Shown piece after piece: positions 41,532 to 54,881 of a stretch of DNA of 64,000 nucleotides (position 1 is its first letter; each line of letters begins with the position of its first letter). The DNA comes from Octopus sinensis. Lineage: Eukaryota. A program made the translations under genes and the position numbers. The DNA lies in contig NC_043008.1 in the NCBI RefSeq assembly GCF_006345805.1, positions 62,992,001 through 63,056,000 of the forward strand. The letters are read 5' to 3'. The notes below the pieces were generated by a model, which worked only from the letters and a program-made list of their open reading frames with translations, did not search any database and was not told the origin of the DNA.

Positions 41532-42113
41532 TATTTCTTTATTGTCCACCGGGGGCTAAACATAGAGGGGACGAACAAGAACAGACAAAGGGATTAAATC
41601 GATTACATCGACCCCAGTGCGTAACTGGTACTTAATTTATTGACCCCGAAAGGATGAAAGGCAAAGTCAACCTCGGCAGAATTTGAAGCCAAAATGTAAC
41701 GGCAGACGAAATACCTATTTCTTTACTACCCACAAGGAGCTAAACACAGAGGGGACAAACAAGGACAGACAAACGGATTAAGTTGATTATATCGACCCCA
41801 GTACATAACTGGTACTTATTTAATCGACCCCGAAAGGATGAAAGGCAAAGTCGACCTCGGCAGAATTTGAACTCAAAATGTAACAACAGACGAAATACCT
41901 ATTTCTTTACTACCCACAAGGGGCTAAACACAGAAGGGACAAACAAGGACAGACAAACGGATTAAGTTGATTATATCGACCCCAGTACATAACTGGTACT
42001 TATTTAATCGACCCCGAAAGGATGAAAGGCAAAGTCGACCTCGGCAGAATTTGAACTCAAAATGTAACGGCAGACAAAATACCGCTAAGCATTTCGCCCG
42101 GCATGCCAGCTCC
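41532..42113 (-). repeat. Head-to-tail trimer of SINE family B (184-bp period)
   Basis: Units start at 41532, 41716 and 41900 with identical junctions GAAATACC|TATTTC. Confidence 0.92.
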
Positions 42114-43079
42114 AACAATTCTGCTAAACCACCTCCCTAGATTAGTACTATTTTTTTACAGGCCCTGAAAGAGTAAAAAAGTGAAGTTGAGCTTGGTATG
42201 ATTTGAACACAGAGAATAAAAGCAAATACTGGTATTATATCCAGTGCTCTATCACCTTTGCCACTTCACATTGAGATCTTCACATTGACAAAATACGCAA
42301 TTATTTAGATTTTCATATTTAACCAGTCTGACATGAATCTGAACAGTAATAAAAAAGTAATTACTCATCAGTTATGAAATAATTCCTTATAGAAGTTTAC
42401 ATTTTCCCCTCTCTTAATAACAGATTATTTTCTAAAATCTTTGTGAATTCTCACAAAATCTTCAAAAAATTTATAGAAAAATGCTAATATCAGATTTTCC
42501 AACTGCAACTGAGCAGTTATTAAACTGCTCCATAAATAAATGCAAATCTAACATACAAAAAACCATTTAGGCTGTCTATCAATAACACACACATATATAA
42601 CTTATTTCCAGTATAGCTGTGCTCTGATATATTAACTTTCACATTGCTGTAACATAAGTTTGCTTGGTATGAATGAAAAATATTACATAATTATTGGTGA
42701 ATCAATTAGCTCTTATTTTACTGCATTTGATTATGCAAGCTATTCTAGACAAATGATTTAATTTTTTTATAAAATTTTGCTGTTTGTTATTGCAGCGATT
42801 ATCAGAAATAAATCAACGCAATTATAGACTGACAGACATTTGTTTAATGTTAAATTAATTGAGGGAGAAAAGACAATGTTTATGAGATTTGCAGGCCATT
42901 TTATACAGTGGAATACTAAAAGTGTGAACCACCTAGGACAGCCTCTAAATTTGAAGCCCCAGCCTTAGCTATGCAACCATACATGATTATACACAAGACC
43001 CTAAATTCCTGTCCCTATAAAAGCATTGCCCTATGTGAACTGTCCTCTGCCCCCTTGCCAGCTACACTACTACTGTGCT

Positions 43080-43403
43080 GTGGCACTTCGATGCTTATGG
43101 TAATGAGGGTTCCAGTTGATCCATAAAGTGGAACAGCTTCCTCAAGAAATTAACATGCAAGTGGCTGAGCATTCCACAGACATGTGTGCCCTTAACATAG
43201 TTCTCAGGGAGATTCAGCATGATACAGAATGTGACAAGGCTGGCTCCTTTGAAATACAGGTACTATTCATTTTTGCCAGTTGAGTGGACTGGAGCAACGT
43301 GAAATAAAATGTCTTGCTGAAAAACATAATGCATTGCCAGGAATTGAACTCATGAACTTACGATCGTGAGTCATATACTCTAACCATTAAGCCACATGCC
43401 TTC
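43080..43403 (-). mobile_element. SINE family D
   Basis: Homolog of 37362-37685. Confidence 0.8.
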
Positions 43404-44269
43404 AAACTGCTTATATATTGGTGAAGACATTGAGACAACTGATGCCAAGATTGAACCTGAGCAAGTGAATGCTTTTGGGGTCGGTTATGTACTGGGGTCA
43501 ATGTAATAAACTTAATCTTTTTGTTTGTCTTTGTTTGTCCCCTCTATGTTTAGTCCCCTGTGGGCAATAAAGAAATAAAATATAGGTAAAAAGGACTCTA
43601 AGAGGGACCTGGAAGGCTGCAAGAAAAGGATCTTTGTTAAAAGCAGCCAAGTATCTGGTGAGAGTATCAAATGTTGCTCTTAAATTTTGGTAGAAGGTCA
43701 GCAATTTTGGGAGAGGGGTAAGTCAATTACATTATCCCAAGTAATCAACTGGTGCTTATTATATCGATCCCAAAGAGATGAACGGCAAAGTCAACCTCAG
43801 TGGAATTTAAGGGCACCAAATATTAGTTTCGAGGGAGTGCTTGACTTATTAACCTGCTAGTCATAGTGTGCGTGTGTGTGTGTTTGTGTGCGTGTGCTCC
43901 TTTGCCTTGATATTCCATGATAGTAGTAAACAAGTGCCACAGTTATATAAGTGGTGTCATTCATTTCTGATTATCCATGATAATGGCGGTGGTGATGGTG
44001 GTGGCAGTGATGGTGAGGATAATGTTGAGGAGGACAATGATAATTAACTGTTTTATTTACTGTAAAATGCTACATCGATGCCTTTCATCAAGAGATCAAA
44101 TATTTGTTAAGTTGGTGATAACATAGTTAACGAGATATTCAATGATATTTTTAATGACACATTTAATGATATATTCATTATCATATTCAATGTCATGAGC
44201 ATAAAATTGATAACTAGAAATAATTTTCAAGTTTGGAAAAAACGAAGGGAATCCATGACAGATATTTTA

Positions 44270-44677
44270 CTCTTTTTACTCTTTTACTTGTTTCAGTCAT
44301 TTGACTGCGGCCATGCTGGAGCACCGCCTTTAATCGAGCAACTCGACCCCGGGACTTATTCTTTTGTAAGCCCAGTACTTTTCTATCGGTCTCTTTTGCC
44401 GAACCGCTAAGTAACAGGGACGTAAACACACCAGCATCGGTTGTCAAGCAATGCTAGAGGGACAAACACAGACACAAAAACACACACACACGCATATTAT
44501 ATATACATATATACGACAGGCTTCTTTCAGTTTCCGTCTACCAAATCCACTCACAAGGCTTTGGTCGGCCCGAGGCTATAGTAGAAGACACTTGCCCAAG
44601 GTGCCACACAGTGGGACTGAACCCGGAACCATGTGATTGGTAAACAAGCTACTTACCACACAGCCACTCCTGTGCCT
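44270..44677 (-). mobile_element. SINE family A (young, CpG-intact)
   Basis: Full-length homolog. Confidence 0.92.
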
Positions 44678-45154
44678 ATTATTTTCATTTCTTTTGTTTC
44701 TATAATTTTAACTCCTTTCTTCCTTTTTTCTCAAACCTGTTGCTATTCCATTCTCTCTCTCCTCTTCCATGTCATCCGCTCCCATCCTCTCTTCTGCCTA
44801 GAATCATTCTCATTTCTCTCCTCTTGTCTTCTTTAGTCATGGGAGAAAATTTCGACCCTTAGTCAGGCAAGTTACAAGATGATAATCATTCATATATGTT
44901 CTATGAGAAATGAACCAGTACAGTCTGCTTATTAGTTGGCAGCAGGAAGAGCATCCAGCTATAGAAACTCGTGCATAATGCAGTCCGAGGATTTGTTAGA
45001 TGCTTTCAAGTCATTCATCGCATGCCAGCACAGGCTCCAGATGTTAATCGTGCTGCTGATGATAATTTTGATGAATTAGTGTGGGACAACTTTGTGAATG
45101 AGAAAAATTACTATTTTTAAATCTCACAATGTGAGATATTCAGCAACAGTACTT

Positions 45155-45348
45155 TGTAGTAAAGATTGTCTGCCAACAAAACATAGCAGTCCTGGTTTAG
45201 GACGAATGCTGCTGTAATTTATAAGGACACAGATTGTGTCATATAGTCATATAGTGAGCTGGAGATGATGACTCCTGGGGCTAAATTACAACAACATTCG
45301 TCCTAAAACAGGACTGCCATGTTATGTTGGCAAATAATCTTTACTACA
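45155..45348. mobile_element. Fold-back MITE-like element with TGT...ACA ends and 4-bp TSD
   Basis: ~67-bp TIRs (45155-45221 and 45282-45348); ACTT on both flanks. Confidence 0.65.
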
Positions 45349-45371
45349 ACTTTGTGAATGTTTAGATACTA

Positions 45372-45757
45372 CTAGCAGTATCGCCCGGCGATGCTTGGGT
45401 TTGTAAGGGAAATAACTATATAAGCATTTTTAGAGAGTTATAGCCAAAAAATAGCAAAAAAATGCATTAAAAATGGGAAAATATTTTTTTAAATCGTTGA
45501 CTCATCGTAGACATTTTTAGAGAGTTACTTCCCTTATATAATAGCGAAAAAAATGCATTAAAATGGAAAAAAATGATGGTAAATTTTTTTTTAAATCGTA
45601 GACTCATCGTAGATGCATGCTAATACCCAGAAGGGCTCGATATGAATCACGACTATAAGATACCCGGTTTTGGTTAAACTGCACCGCAAAATGTGGGAGT
45701 AGTTAAGAATCTAAATCGTAGGAGACAGACACACAACCTCTCTTTTATATATAAAGA
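45372..45757 (-). mobile_element. Non-autonomous Helitron
   Basis: Minus strand A|TCTTTATATATAAAAG...CCCAAGCATCGCCGGG(hairpin)CGATACTG-CTAG|T; internal direct repeat. Confidence 0.85.
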
Positions 45758-46146
45758 TTAGAATCACATAAACAAATCCAAAATTCTACCATATTTGATA
45801 TAGGTCTCATGAAAGCATTCATTGTTCTTCAGTCATTCACATTTGAGTGTGATTCTCCATGCCAGCATGGTTCACACAAATATATTATTGAGACATTGTT
45901 TTAGTCAGTTGTTCTTCATTTAAGGAAACGGTTTACTGCTTTTCAAGTAAAGGGTCTCGTATTCTACATGTCTTTGAATATGTAAGTCCAGCAGATCATT
46001 TATTGACAAAGAAAATGGCAACAACAAAGCTGCTTCTAGTTAAGCAATTTTCGAAGAAGTGCAGATGTAAAAGAGACATACAAACACACATATGTGCACA
46101 CATCCATACACATACACACACACTTATGTGTGTGTATATCTACCTG

Positions 46147-46182
<36 letters not shown>

Positions 46183-46190
46183 AGCATATA

Positions 46191-46576
46191 CTCTTTACTT
46201 GTTTCAGTCATTTGACTGCGGCCATACTGGAGCACCACCTTTAGTCGAGCAAATTGACCCGAGGACTTCTTCTTTGGAAGCCTAGTACTTATTCTATCAG
46301 TCTATTTTGGCAAACTGCTAAGTTAGGGGAAGTAAACACACAACCATCGGTTGGCAGGCGACAGAAGGGGGGACAAACATATACACACACGTATATATAT
46401 ATATATATACATATATACGACGGGCTTCTTTCAGTTTCCGTCTACCAAATCCACTCACAAGGCTTTGGTCAGCTCGAGGCTATAGTAGAAGACACTTGCC
46501 CAAGGTACCACGCAGTGGGAATGAACCCGGAACCATGTGGTTGGTAAGCAAGCTACCACACAGCCACACCTGCACC
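46191..46576 (-). mobile_element. SINE family A
   Basis: Homolog. Confidence 0.88.
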
Positions 46577-46592
46577 TATATATACATATATA

Positions 46593-46639
<47 letters not shown>

Positions 46640-46648
46640 ATCTATCTA

Positions 46649-46735
<87 letters not shown>

Positions 46736-48317
46736 TGAAAGGACTAAGTGGAGCAGGAGCATACATGAAGATAGATAGTATCTGTGAAGAGGTCACAGAT
46801 GTGTGATGAAAGATATCTGAACAATGGATATGAGTTAAAATAAGAACAGTAACAAATGAGTGAAGAGTTAAATATATAGTGCGTGTGCTTATTTAGCAAA
46901 AAAAAATGACCATTCCAAAATACAACATATATATATACATTTATCTGTATATGCACAAATACACTCACTTATGAGTGAGTGAGAGATGGAGCAAAATTAA
47001 GAGAGAGGTGGGGAGAAATGTGGGTGGAGAGAAAAGAAGTGAGGAGTATAATAATACACTAAGGCCAAATGTATCACATGGTTAGTTGAATGGATAGGTG
47101 AAAAGTGAGAGAAAAAGTGGGAGAAAGGAGTGTTGATGGCATGTAGTAGGGTGGGGAGGGAAGGTCAAGGGAAAGAGAGAAATGTTACAGACATGAAGAG
47201 GGGAATTACATGGTTAAAATTTTTGTTGAAGTGGTAGAGAGAAAGAGAGATATTTTACAGATAAGAAGAGGAGAACTACATAGTTAAAAATGTTTGTTAA
47301 ATTGGTAGAGAGAAAGAGGAAAATTACACGATTAAAATGTTTGAAGTGACAGGGAGAAAGAGAAAAATATAAAGTGCTTAGCAGAAGGAAATTTTAAAAT
47401 CATATATCTTATCGTGACTAGAAATGAAATAATTTAGCAAAAAAGCAATGAAAATTATCCTTTCTTTCTTAAAAAAACTTTTCTTAATCCTTTTCATTCT
47501 GTGGAATTTCCACAGGTCCCACTAGTTTTTACATGAATGGCACACCTGACTTACTCATTTACTATGCCGCAAAATATTCAATTCATTTCTTTTGATTAAC
47601 ACTAAAATCAAACATCTGTATCATTCCAAGGTTAGAGCATTAATTGGGATATTAGCGAAGACAAAATTTTCTGTTTATCTCAAAGAAAATGAAAAACAAT
47701 CTCACTGGAAAGGGAATTTCAATTATTTATCCAATCACTTGCTAATTATTGATAGATGCATAATTAAATAGCATTTTATGGACAACAGTATCGCTTTCAT
47801 CCCATTATTAGCATATTAGGATATGTTAGCTCTTTGATGAGAAATTGAGATATACGATGTTATTAGACAGTTTATATATCTAAAGATAATCAAGTTTAAT
47901 TCTGTGCTTATTGACGCCTGAAATCCAACATGAGAATACTCTTCATACTCACAAAAGTTGAACTATGGGCGTAGGCATGGCTGTATAGTATGGAGCTTGC
48001 TTCCCAACCACACGGTTCTGGGTTCAGTCCTACTGTGTGACAACTTGGGCAAGTGTCTCCTACTATAGTCTTGAGCTGACCAAAGCCTTGTGAGTGAATT
48101 TGGTAGACAAAAACTGAAAGAAGCTCATCATATATATGTATGTATGTATGTATATACATATATATATATAGTCTTTATGTTGTATGTCACGTTTCTCTGT
48201 TTGATTTTCTCGTTGTTCGAAAAAAAGTTCGTTTCTATCATCATTTTTTTATGACCTGTATCCATATATGCATGTATATATATATATTTATATATTATTT
48301 ATATTATATATATATAT

Positions 48318-48360
<43 letters not shown>

Positions 48361-48750
48361 TATATATACATATATATATACATATATATATATGTAGAAT
48401 CATAGAATCATGGTTTTGATTCCTAGACTGGGCATTGTGTGTGTTTTATTGAGCAAAAACGCCTAAAGCTCCACAAGGCTCTGGCAGTGGGTAGTGGAAA
48501 ACCCTACTGTACTCTTTTACCACAACTTTCACTCACTCTTTCTTCCTGTTTCTGTTGTTCCTGCATTTCAAGGGGCCAGCCTTGTCACACACTGTGTCAT
48601 GCTGAATCTCCCCTAGAATTATATTAAGGGTGCACGTGTCTGTGGAGTGCTCAGCCACCTCCATGTTAATTTCATGAACAGGCTGTTCCATTGATTGGAT
48701 TGACTGGAACCCTCATCATCGTAACCATGATATATGTATATGCATATGTG

Positions 48751-48801
<51 letters not shown>

Positions 48802-48885
48802 TTAGAGACAAAACCACTATTTTGCAAAATAAACAAGGAAAGACTTAATCAATACATAAAATTTTAATAAAAAGTAAAAAAACCG

Positions 48886-48929
48886 CCACTACAATTGTTT
48901 CATGTCTTCAAATGACAATCTTCAGGTGG
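48886..48929 (-). ncRNA. Minimal type I hammerhead ribozyme
   Basis: Reverse complement of 50902-50945. Confidence 0.8.
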
Positions 48930-50901
48930 ATTTCCGATCTAAAATATCAATATTTTAAAATATAAGTTTAAAAAATAATTTTAAAATAATAAAAGTATCA
49001 ATGAAAAAATATAAATATATAATCTATATATAACCTATATATAATCCATATATAATCAATATATAATCTAAAATAAACCCTATCAACAATTAAATATAAA
49101 ACAAAATAAAAATAAACTATATATACACACATACGCATACACATATAACTAAGTATATATAACCATATCTAAATACATACACTAACTCACACACCTATAT
49201 ATATATCCCTATACATACACATAAAAACGTCTAGGCAACGATAAATAAATAAAATAGCCAAATACTTCAACACATTACTTATTCATACTCCCTCACACAC
49301 ACATACAACCCACATTCATAAACAATATACATATACCCGCTCACACATACATATACATACATACAGAACTCGATATATACACCAATATATTCACACCCAC
49401 ATCTATACAGATAAATAAATTACGCAAACAATCACACACACACATTCACACATACATAAACACTCAAAAGAAAAATAAACAATTCTTTGCACGTGGTGAT
49501 CGAACGTTTTTTTAAAATTATGAATGGAATAATATATAATCAACGTAAATATACAGAATTTACTCCAAATCATTAATAAACCATCATGATAAATGAAACC
49601 CATATATACATATAATGATAAAACTCCCTTTACCATACACAATTATATCTATATAGCAATCTCCATATATACATTCACACACAAATACACATACGTATAC
49701 CCCCTCACATATACATATACATACGTACTAAACTCGATTTATTCCATTCATAATGTTAAATGACGTTCGTTTACAGAGCGCGAAGACTTTTTATACATAT
49801 GTTAGGTTCCTATGGTAACGTAATTTTGTTTGACGTTATAACGGCTAGAGTTTAATTTCACTTCATAAATTGAAACTGATTTGAAAGTATGTATATTTTT
49901 TCTCCTTATGTTAATCTTGTTAATTATGATATTCTGGTTACTTATGAAGTATTTTATATATCGTATTATGTGTAGTAATGTTGTTTTTCTTTTGAGTGTT
50001 TATGTATGTGTGAATGTGTGTGTGTGTGCGTATTTTGGTTGTGTAATTTATTTATCTGTATGAGTGTGGGTGTGAACATATTGTTGTATATATCGAGTTT
50101 AGTACGTATGTATATGTATATGTGAGGGGGTATACGTATGTGTATTTGTGTGTGAATGTATATATGGAGATTGCTATATAGGTATAATTGTGTATGGTAA
50201 AGGGAGTTTTATCATTATATGTATAAATGGGTTTCATTTATCATGATGGTTTATTAATGATTTGGAGTAAATTCTGTATATTTACGTTGATTATATATTA
50301 TTCCATTCATAATTTTAAAAAAAACGTTCGATCACCACGTGCAAAGAATTGTTTATTTTTCTTTTGAGTGTTTATGTATGTGTGAATGTGTGTGTGTGAT
50401 TGTTTGCGTAATTTATTTATCTGTATAGATGTGGGTGTGAATATATTGGTGTATATATCGAGTTCTGTATGTATGTATATGTATGTGTGAGCGGGTATAT
50501 GTATATTGTTTATGAATGTGGGTTGTATGTGTGTGTGAAGGAGTATGAATAAGTAATGTGTTGAAGTATTTGGCTATTTTATTTATTTATCGTTGCCTAG
50601 ACGTTTTTATGTGTATGTATAGGGATATATATATAGGTGTGTGAGTTAGTGTATGTATTTAGATATGGTTATATATACTTAGTTATATGTGTATACGTAT
50701 GTGTGTATATATAGTTTATTTTTATTTTGTTTTATATTTAATTGTTGATAGGGTTTATTTTAGATTATATATTGATTATATATGGATTATATATAGGTTA
50801 TATATAGATTATATATTTATATTTTTTCATTGATACTTTTATTATTTTAAAATTATTTTTTAAACTTATATTTTAAAATATTGATATTTTAGATCGGAAA
50901 T

Positions 50902-50945
50902 CCACCTGAAGATTGTCATTTGAAGACATGAAACAATTGTAGTGG
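50902..50945 (+). ncRNA. Minimal type I hammerhead ribozyme
   Basis: CCAC-CTGAAGA-T-TGTC-atttgaa-GACA-T-GAAAC-AATT-GTA-GTGG. Confidence 0.8.
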
Positions 50946-51341
50946 CGGTTTTTTTACTTTTTATTAAAATTTTATGTATTGATTAAGTCTTTCCTTGTTT
51001 GTTTTGCAAAATAGTGGTTTTGTCTCTAATTAATATTATATAATATTTTACTATAAAATTGGATTTAATCCTAAATCTGATTTTTTCCCCTGTAAATTTG
51101 GATTTATTCCCTAATATTTATTATTATATATATATATATATATACATATACGGGGGAGAATTCACAAAAAAACAAAAGATGAAGACAGGTGGTGTAGACA
51201 ACAAACTGATGCATTAGTTAGATACTCGGAAAGTGAAAAAGTCTTTAACATTTCCAACCTACACTCTTCCACAGAAAGGAACACAGACAGAAACAAGGAG
51301 AGTAAATTTTTTTAAATGTTTTATTAGAAAATAACAACTAA

Positions 51342-52554
51342 TTAATGAATAATGTATTCAGCCTTTTGGCTTACAACTTCTTCCCAACATTCAACAAGAT
51401 TTTCAATATTTTGTTGGTAGAAATCACCCAATTTCGACTCGTAAAATTGATCTAACCAAGCTCTCAATTCTGCATCAGTATTGAACAAACTCTGAGCATA
51501 GCAATTGAAAGAGATCGAAAGAGGTGGAAATCCATTGGTTCCAAATCAGGAGTGTATGGTGGATGTGGCAGCACTTCCCAGCCATTTGTTTGAATGGTTT
51601 CCTTGGTCATATTGACAATATGAGTGCGGGCGTTGTCATGCAGCAGAAGAACTCCATGCTGCCGATTAGGTCTTTTCTCTTGAATAGCGATGTTGAGTCG
51701 TTCCATCTGTTGAACATAGAGTTCTGGATCGACCATTTGGTTCTGTTCAAGAAATTCGTATTGGATAATCCCTTCCCATTCCAACTATACGCACAACATC
51801 ATTTTATGCTGATGAAGATCTTGTTTCACACACGGTATCACTTGTTTATCGGGGCTAAGCCATTCCTTACACTGCTTCATATTGATGTACAGGTACCATT
51901 TTCCATTGCCAGTAACGATTCGCTAAAGAAATCGTTGTTTCTGTCCATGAGTTGGGTGGTGATGAGCAAGCAAACCAGTGGAGATTGTGGCTCGTTGATT
52001 TTTGTTGTTGTCACTTAAAGCATGCAGAACCCAGGCTCCATACTTCTGAACCTTTCGCATCGAATGAAGATGCTTCTCTATAGATGTGTGGGAACATTCC
52101 ATTTTCTCTACCAGTTCCCTTGTCATTTGATGAGAATTTTCATGCAAAAGTTGGTTTAATCACTCTTCATTGAACTCAAATGGATGGCTAGAACAAGGTG
52201 CGTCTTTGAGGTCAAACTTTCCATTTTTGAACTTAGCATATCAATCACGAGCGGTTCTTACAGCTATGAAACCCTCTGCATACACAACACAAACGTCGCA
52301 AGCAGCATTTGAAGCCTTAAAACGTTGATTAAAAGCAAAAAGAAGATGTCAAAAATGCTCATTTTTCTTAACTTGACATTCCATTTTAATGATCTGAAAA
52401 TAAACAAAAATTAACTAAAATTAACTAGAAAAAACAAAATAAATTCCAAAATGATTCAAAAATAGAATTCCAAAAACTAGATTCCAAAATTTAAAAATGC
52501 AATAAATTCCAAAATTAAAAAAAAAACAGTGGGAACTTAGTTGCCAACCCAATA
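51342..52554 (-). pseudogene. Mariner (DD34D) transposon with decayed transposase (ATG 52384 to stop 51342)
   Basis: WVLHALSDNNKNQR, LLLHDNARTH, HPPYTPDLEPMDFHLFRSL, EYIIH*; TIR TATTGGGTTGGCAACTAAGTTCCC at 52531-52554; frameshifts and stops. Confidence 0.93.
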
Positions 52555-52584
52555 TATATATATATGTATGTATGTACACTTATG

Positions 52585-52976
52585 CTCTTTTACTTGTTTC
52601 AGTCATTTGACTGTGGCCATGCTGGAGCACCACCTTTAGTCGAACAAATGGACCCCAGGACTTATTCTTTGTAAGCCTAGTATTTATTCTATTGGTCTCT
52701 TTTGTCGAACCACTAAGTTATGGGGATGAAAACACACCAGCATCGGTTGTCAAGTAATGTTGGGGGGGACAAACACAGACACACATGTATGTATATATAC
52801 ATATATATATACATATATATGACGGGCTTCTTCCAGTTTCCGTCTACCAAATTCACTCACAAGGCTTTGGTCGGCCTGAGGCTAAAGTAGAAGACACTTG
52901 CCCAAAGTGCCACACTGTGGGACTGAATCTGGAACCATGTAGTTGGTAAGCAAGCTATTTACCACACAGTCACTCC
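52585..52976 (-). mobile_element. SINE family A
   Basis: Homolog. Confidence 0.88.
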
Positions 52977-53492
52977 ATATAAAGAGATTAGGATTCAAGT
53001 GAATCTGGTACTTAAATAGTATCAGGTCAAAAAGTAAAATGTGTACACAACAAAAATAGAGGAATATATACATGGGTACCGAATTACAGACAGAAAGATA
53101 TTCAGGTTATGTATATAATTAACTGCATCCAACAGAGTATATCAATAGCCCTGATGCTAATCAAGAAGCACATATTGCACTAAATGTATGGTATATATAT
53201 CTATGTATGTATGTGTGTGTGTGTGTCTTTGTGTCTGTGTTTATCCCTCACCCCCACCACTTGACAACTGGTGTTGGTGTGTTTACATCCACTTAACTTA
53301 TCAGTTCAGCAAAAGAGAGCAATAAAATAAGTAACAGGCGTTCAAAAATACAAGTCCCAGGGTTGGTTTGTTCAACTAAAAGAAAAATACCCTTCAAGGC
53401 AGTGCCCCAGTATGGCCACAGTCAAATGACTGAAGCAAGTAAAAGACAAAAATTAAAAGGTATATCATTTTACTGATAACTTTCGGTTTTAC

Positions 53493-53633
53493 CTGTTAAT
53501 TACCAATGTAGAAAGTACCTTGAAGAATTCTTCTTCATTATATATTCTATCAACTAAGATTGAATATATAAAGAAGAACAATTTTGTTTTGGGATGTGTT
53601 TTATGGAAGATAAACATGTGATCGATTGCCCAT
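53493..53633 (-). CDS. Candidate internal exon (141 nt, phase 2-2) of an unidentified gene
   Basis: cttcctttctatttccag| ... AACAG|gtaaaa; only one frame is open: WAIDHMFIFHKTHPKTKLFFFIYSILVDRIYNEEEFFKVLSTLVIN. Confidence 0.45.
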
Positions 53634-53797
53634 CTGGAAATAGAAAGGAAGTTAAAAGCATAAAACAAAAGTCTGAAAAAAATGTGTTTCTTTATCAGCG
53701 AAATTGGTCTTCATGCAGGTAAAGTTATACCTGCTTAGCATCAAATATTTAATTACAATCTTCATCTTAATTCCCCTATTGCATACTGTGTAGTTAA

Positions 53798-54018
53798 CCC
53801 TTTTGTTACCAACCCGGCTGAAACCGGCTCTAGCTCTGTTGTACAAATGTCTTGTTTTCTTAAGGTTTCAATTAAAATCTTCCACCAAACCTTAGTCACA
53901 ATTTATGTTCCTAATACAAGCTGAATTATAACTAAGTTATTTTACTAAATTCTTTGTTATATTTAAAGTAATTGAAAGAAACGCCGAACATCTCAAAAAA
54001 AATACAGTAACGAAAGGG
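53798..54018. mobile_element. piggyBac-type MITE (opposite orientation to 4939-5159)
   Basis: TTAA-CCCTTTTGTTAC ... GTAACGAAAGGG-TTAA. Confidence 0.85.
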
Positions 54019-54196
54019 TTAAACCACCTAGCCAAAAATACCGAAATTCATGATTTTAATTTTTAAAAACTGGTTAATTTGGTTTTTAAATAGTAGTCCT
54101 AAGTGTAAACAAGGCTTTAGAGCAGAAACCTACTTTCTGTACCTCAAAACAACCATCAGCCTTTCCTTTTATAAACAACAATGTGTGTGGATATAC

Positions 54197-54592
54197 TCTT
54201 TACTCTACTCTTTTACTTGTTTCAGTCATTTGACTGTGGCCATGCTGGAGCACCGGCTTTAGTCGAACAAATCGACCTCGGGACTTATTCTTTGTAAGCC
54301 CAGTACTTATTCTATTGTTCTCTTTTGCCGAACCGCTAAATGACAGCGACGTAAACACACCAGCATCGGTTGTCAAGCAATGCTAGGGAGACAAACACAG
54401 ACACACAAACACACACACACATACATATATATATACATATATATGACAGGCTTCTTTCAGTTTCCGTCTACCAAATCCACTCACAAGGCATTGGTCGGCC
54501 TGGGGCTATAGCAGAAGAGACTTGCCCAAGATGCCACACAGTGGGACTGAACCTGGAACCATAGCAAGCTACTTACCACACAGCCACTCCTG
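54197..54592 (-). mobile_element. SINE family A
   Basis: Homolog. Confidence 0.88.
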
Positions 54593-54881
54593 ATGAAATA
54601 CTGAAAATTCAGTCTGTAATATGTCATTTAAGTTATAAGATATACACATTTATCAGAAAAGAAGATTGTCACACAATTATTGTTTACACACACAATAAAT
54701 TTATGTGTGTGATTGATTTACTGGATGAACCACTTTATAAAATCCATGTTCACTCAAAAAAATTTTACCACCATCTTATTTTCCATTTTCTCAATATAAT
54801 GGTAATACAACCATAGCTTTTATTCCCATGTAATGAACCTGAGAAAACATCAAGCATAAAGCTTAGAGATTTCGAAGTGCG

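Larger units (their letters stand above)
48791..51125. mobile_element. Non-coding PLE-type element with ~950-bp inverted duplication
   Basis: 48791-49738 is a near-perfect reverse complement of 50093-51041; a hammerhead lies in each arm; flanked by (TA)n. Confidence 0.85.

Noticed and set aside
51243-51278. Hammerhead-like string CTTT-CTGTGGA-AGAGTGTAGGTTG-GAAATGTT-AAAG on the minus strand
   Set aside because: Core and stem II are too degenerate; at most a fossil.
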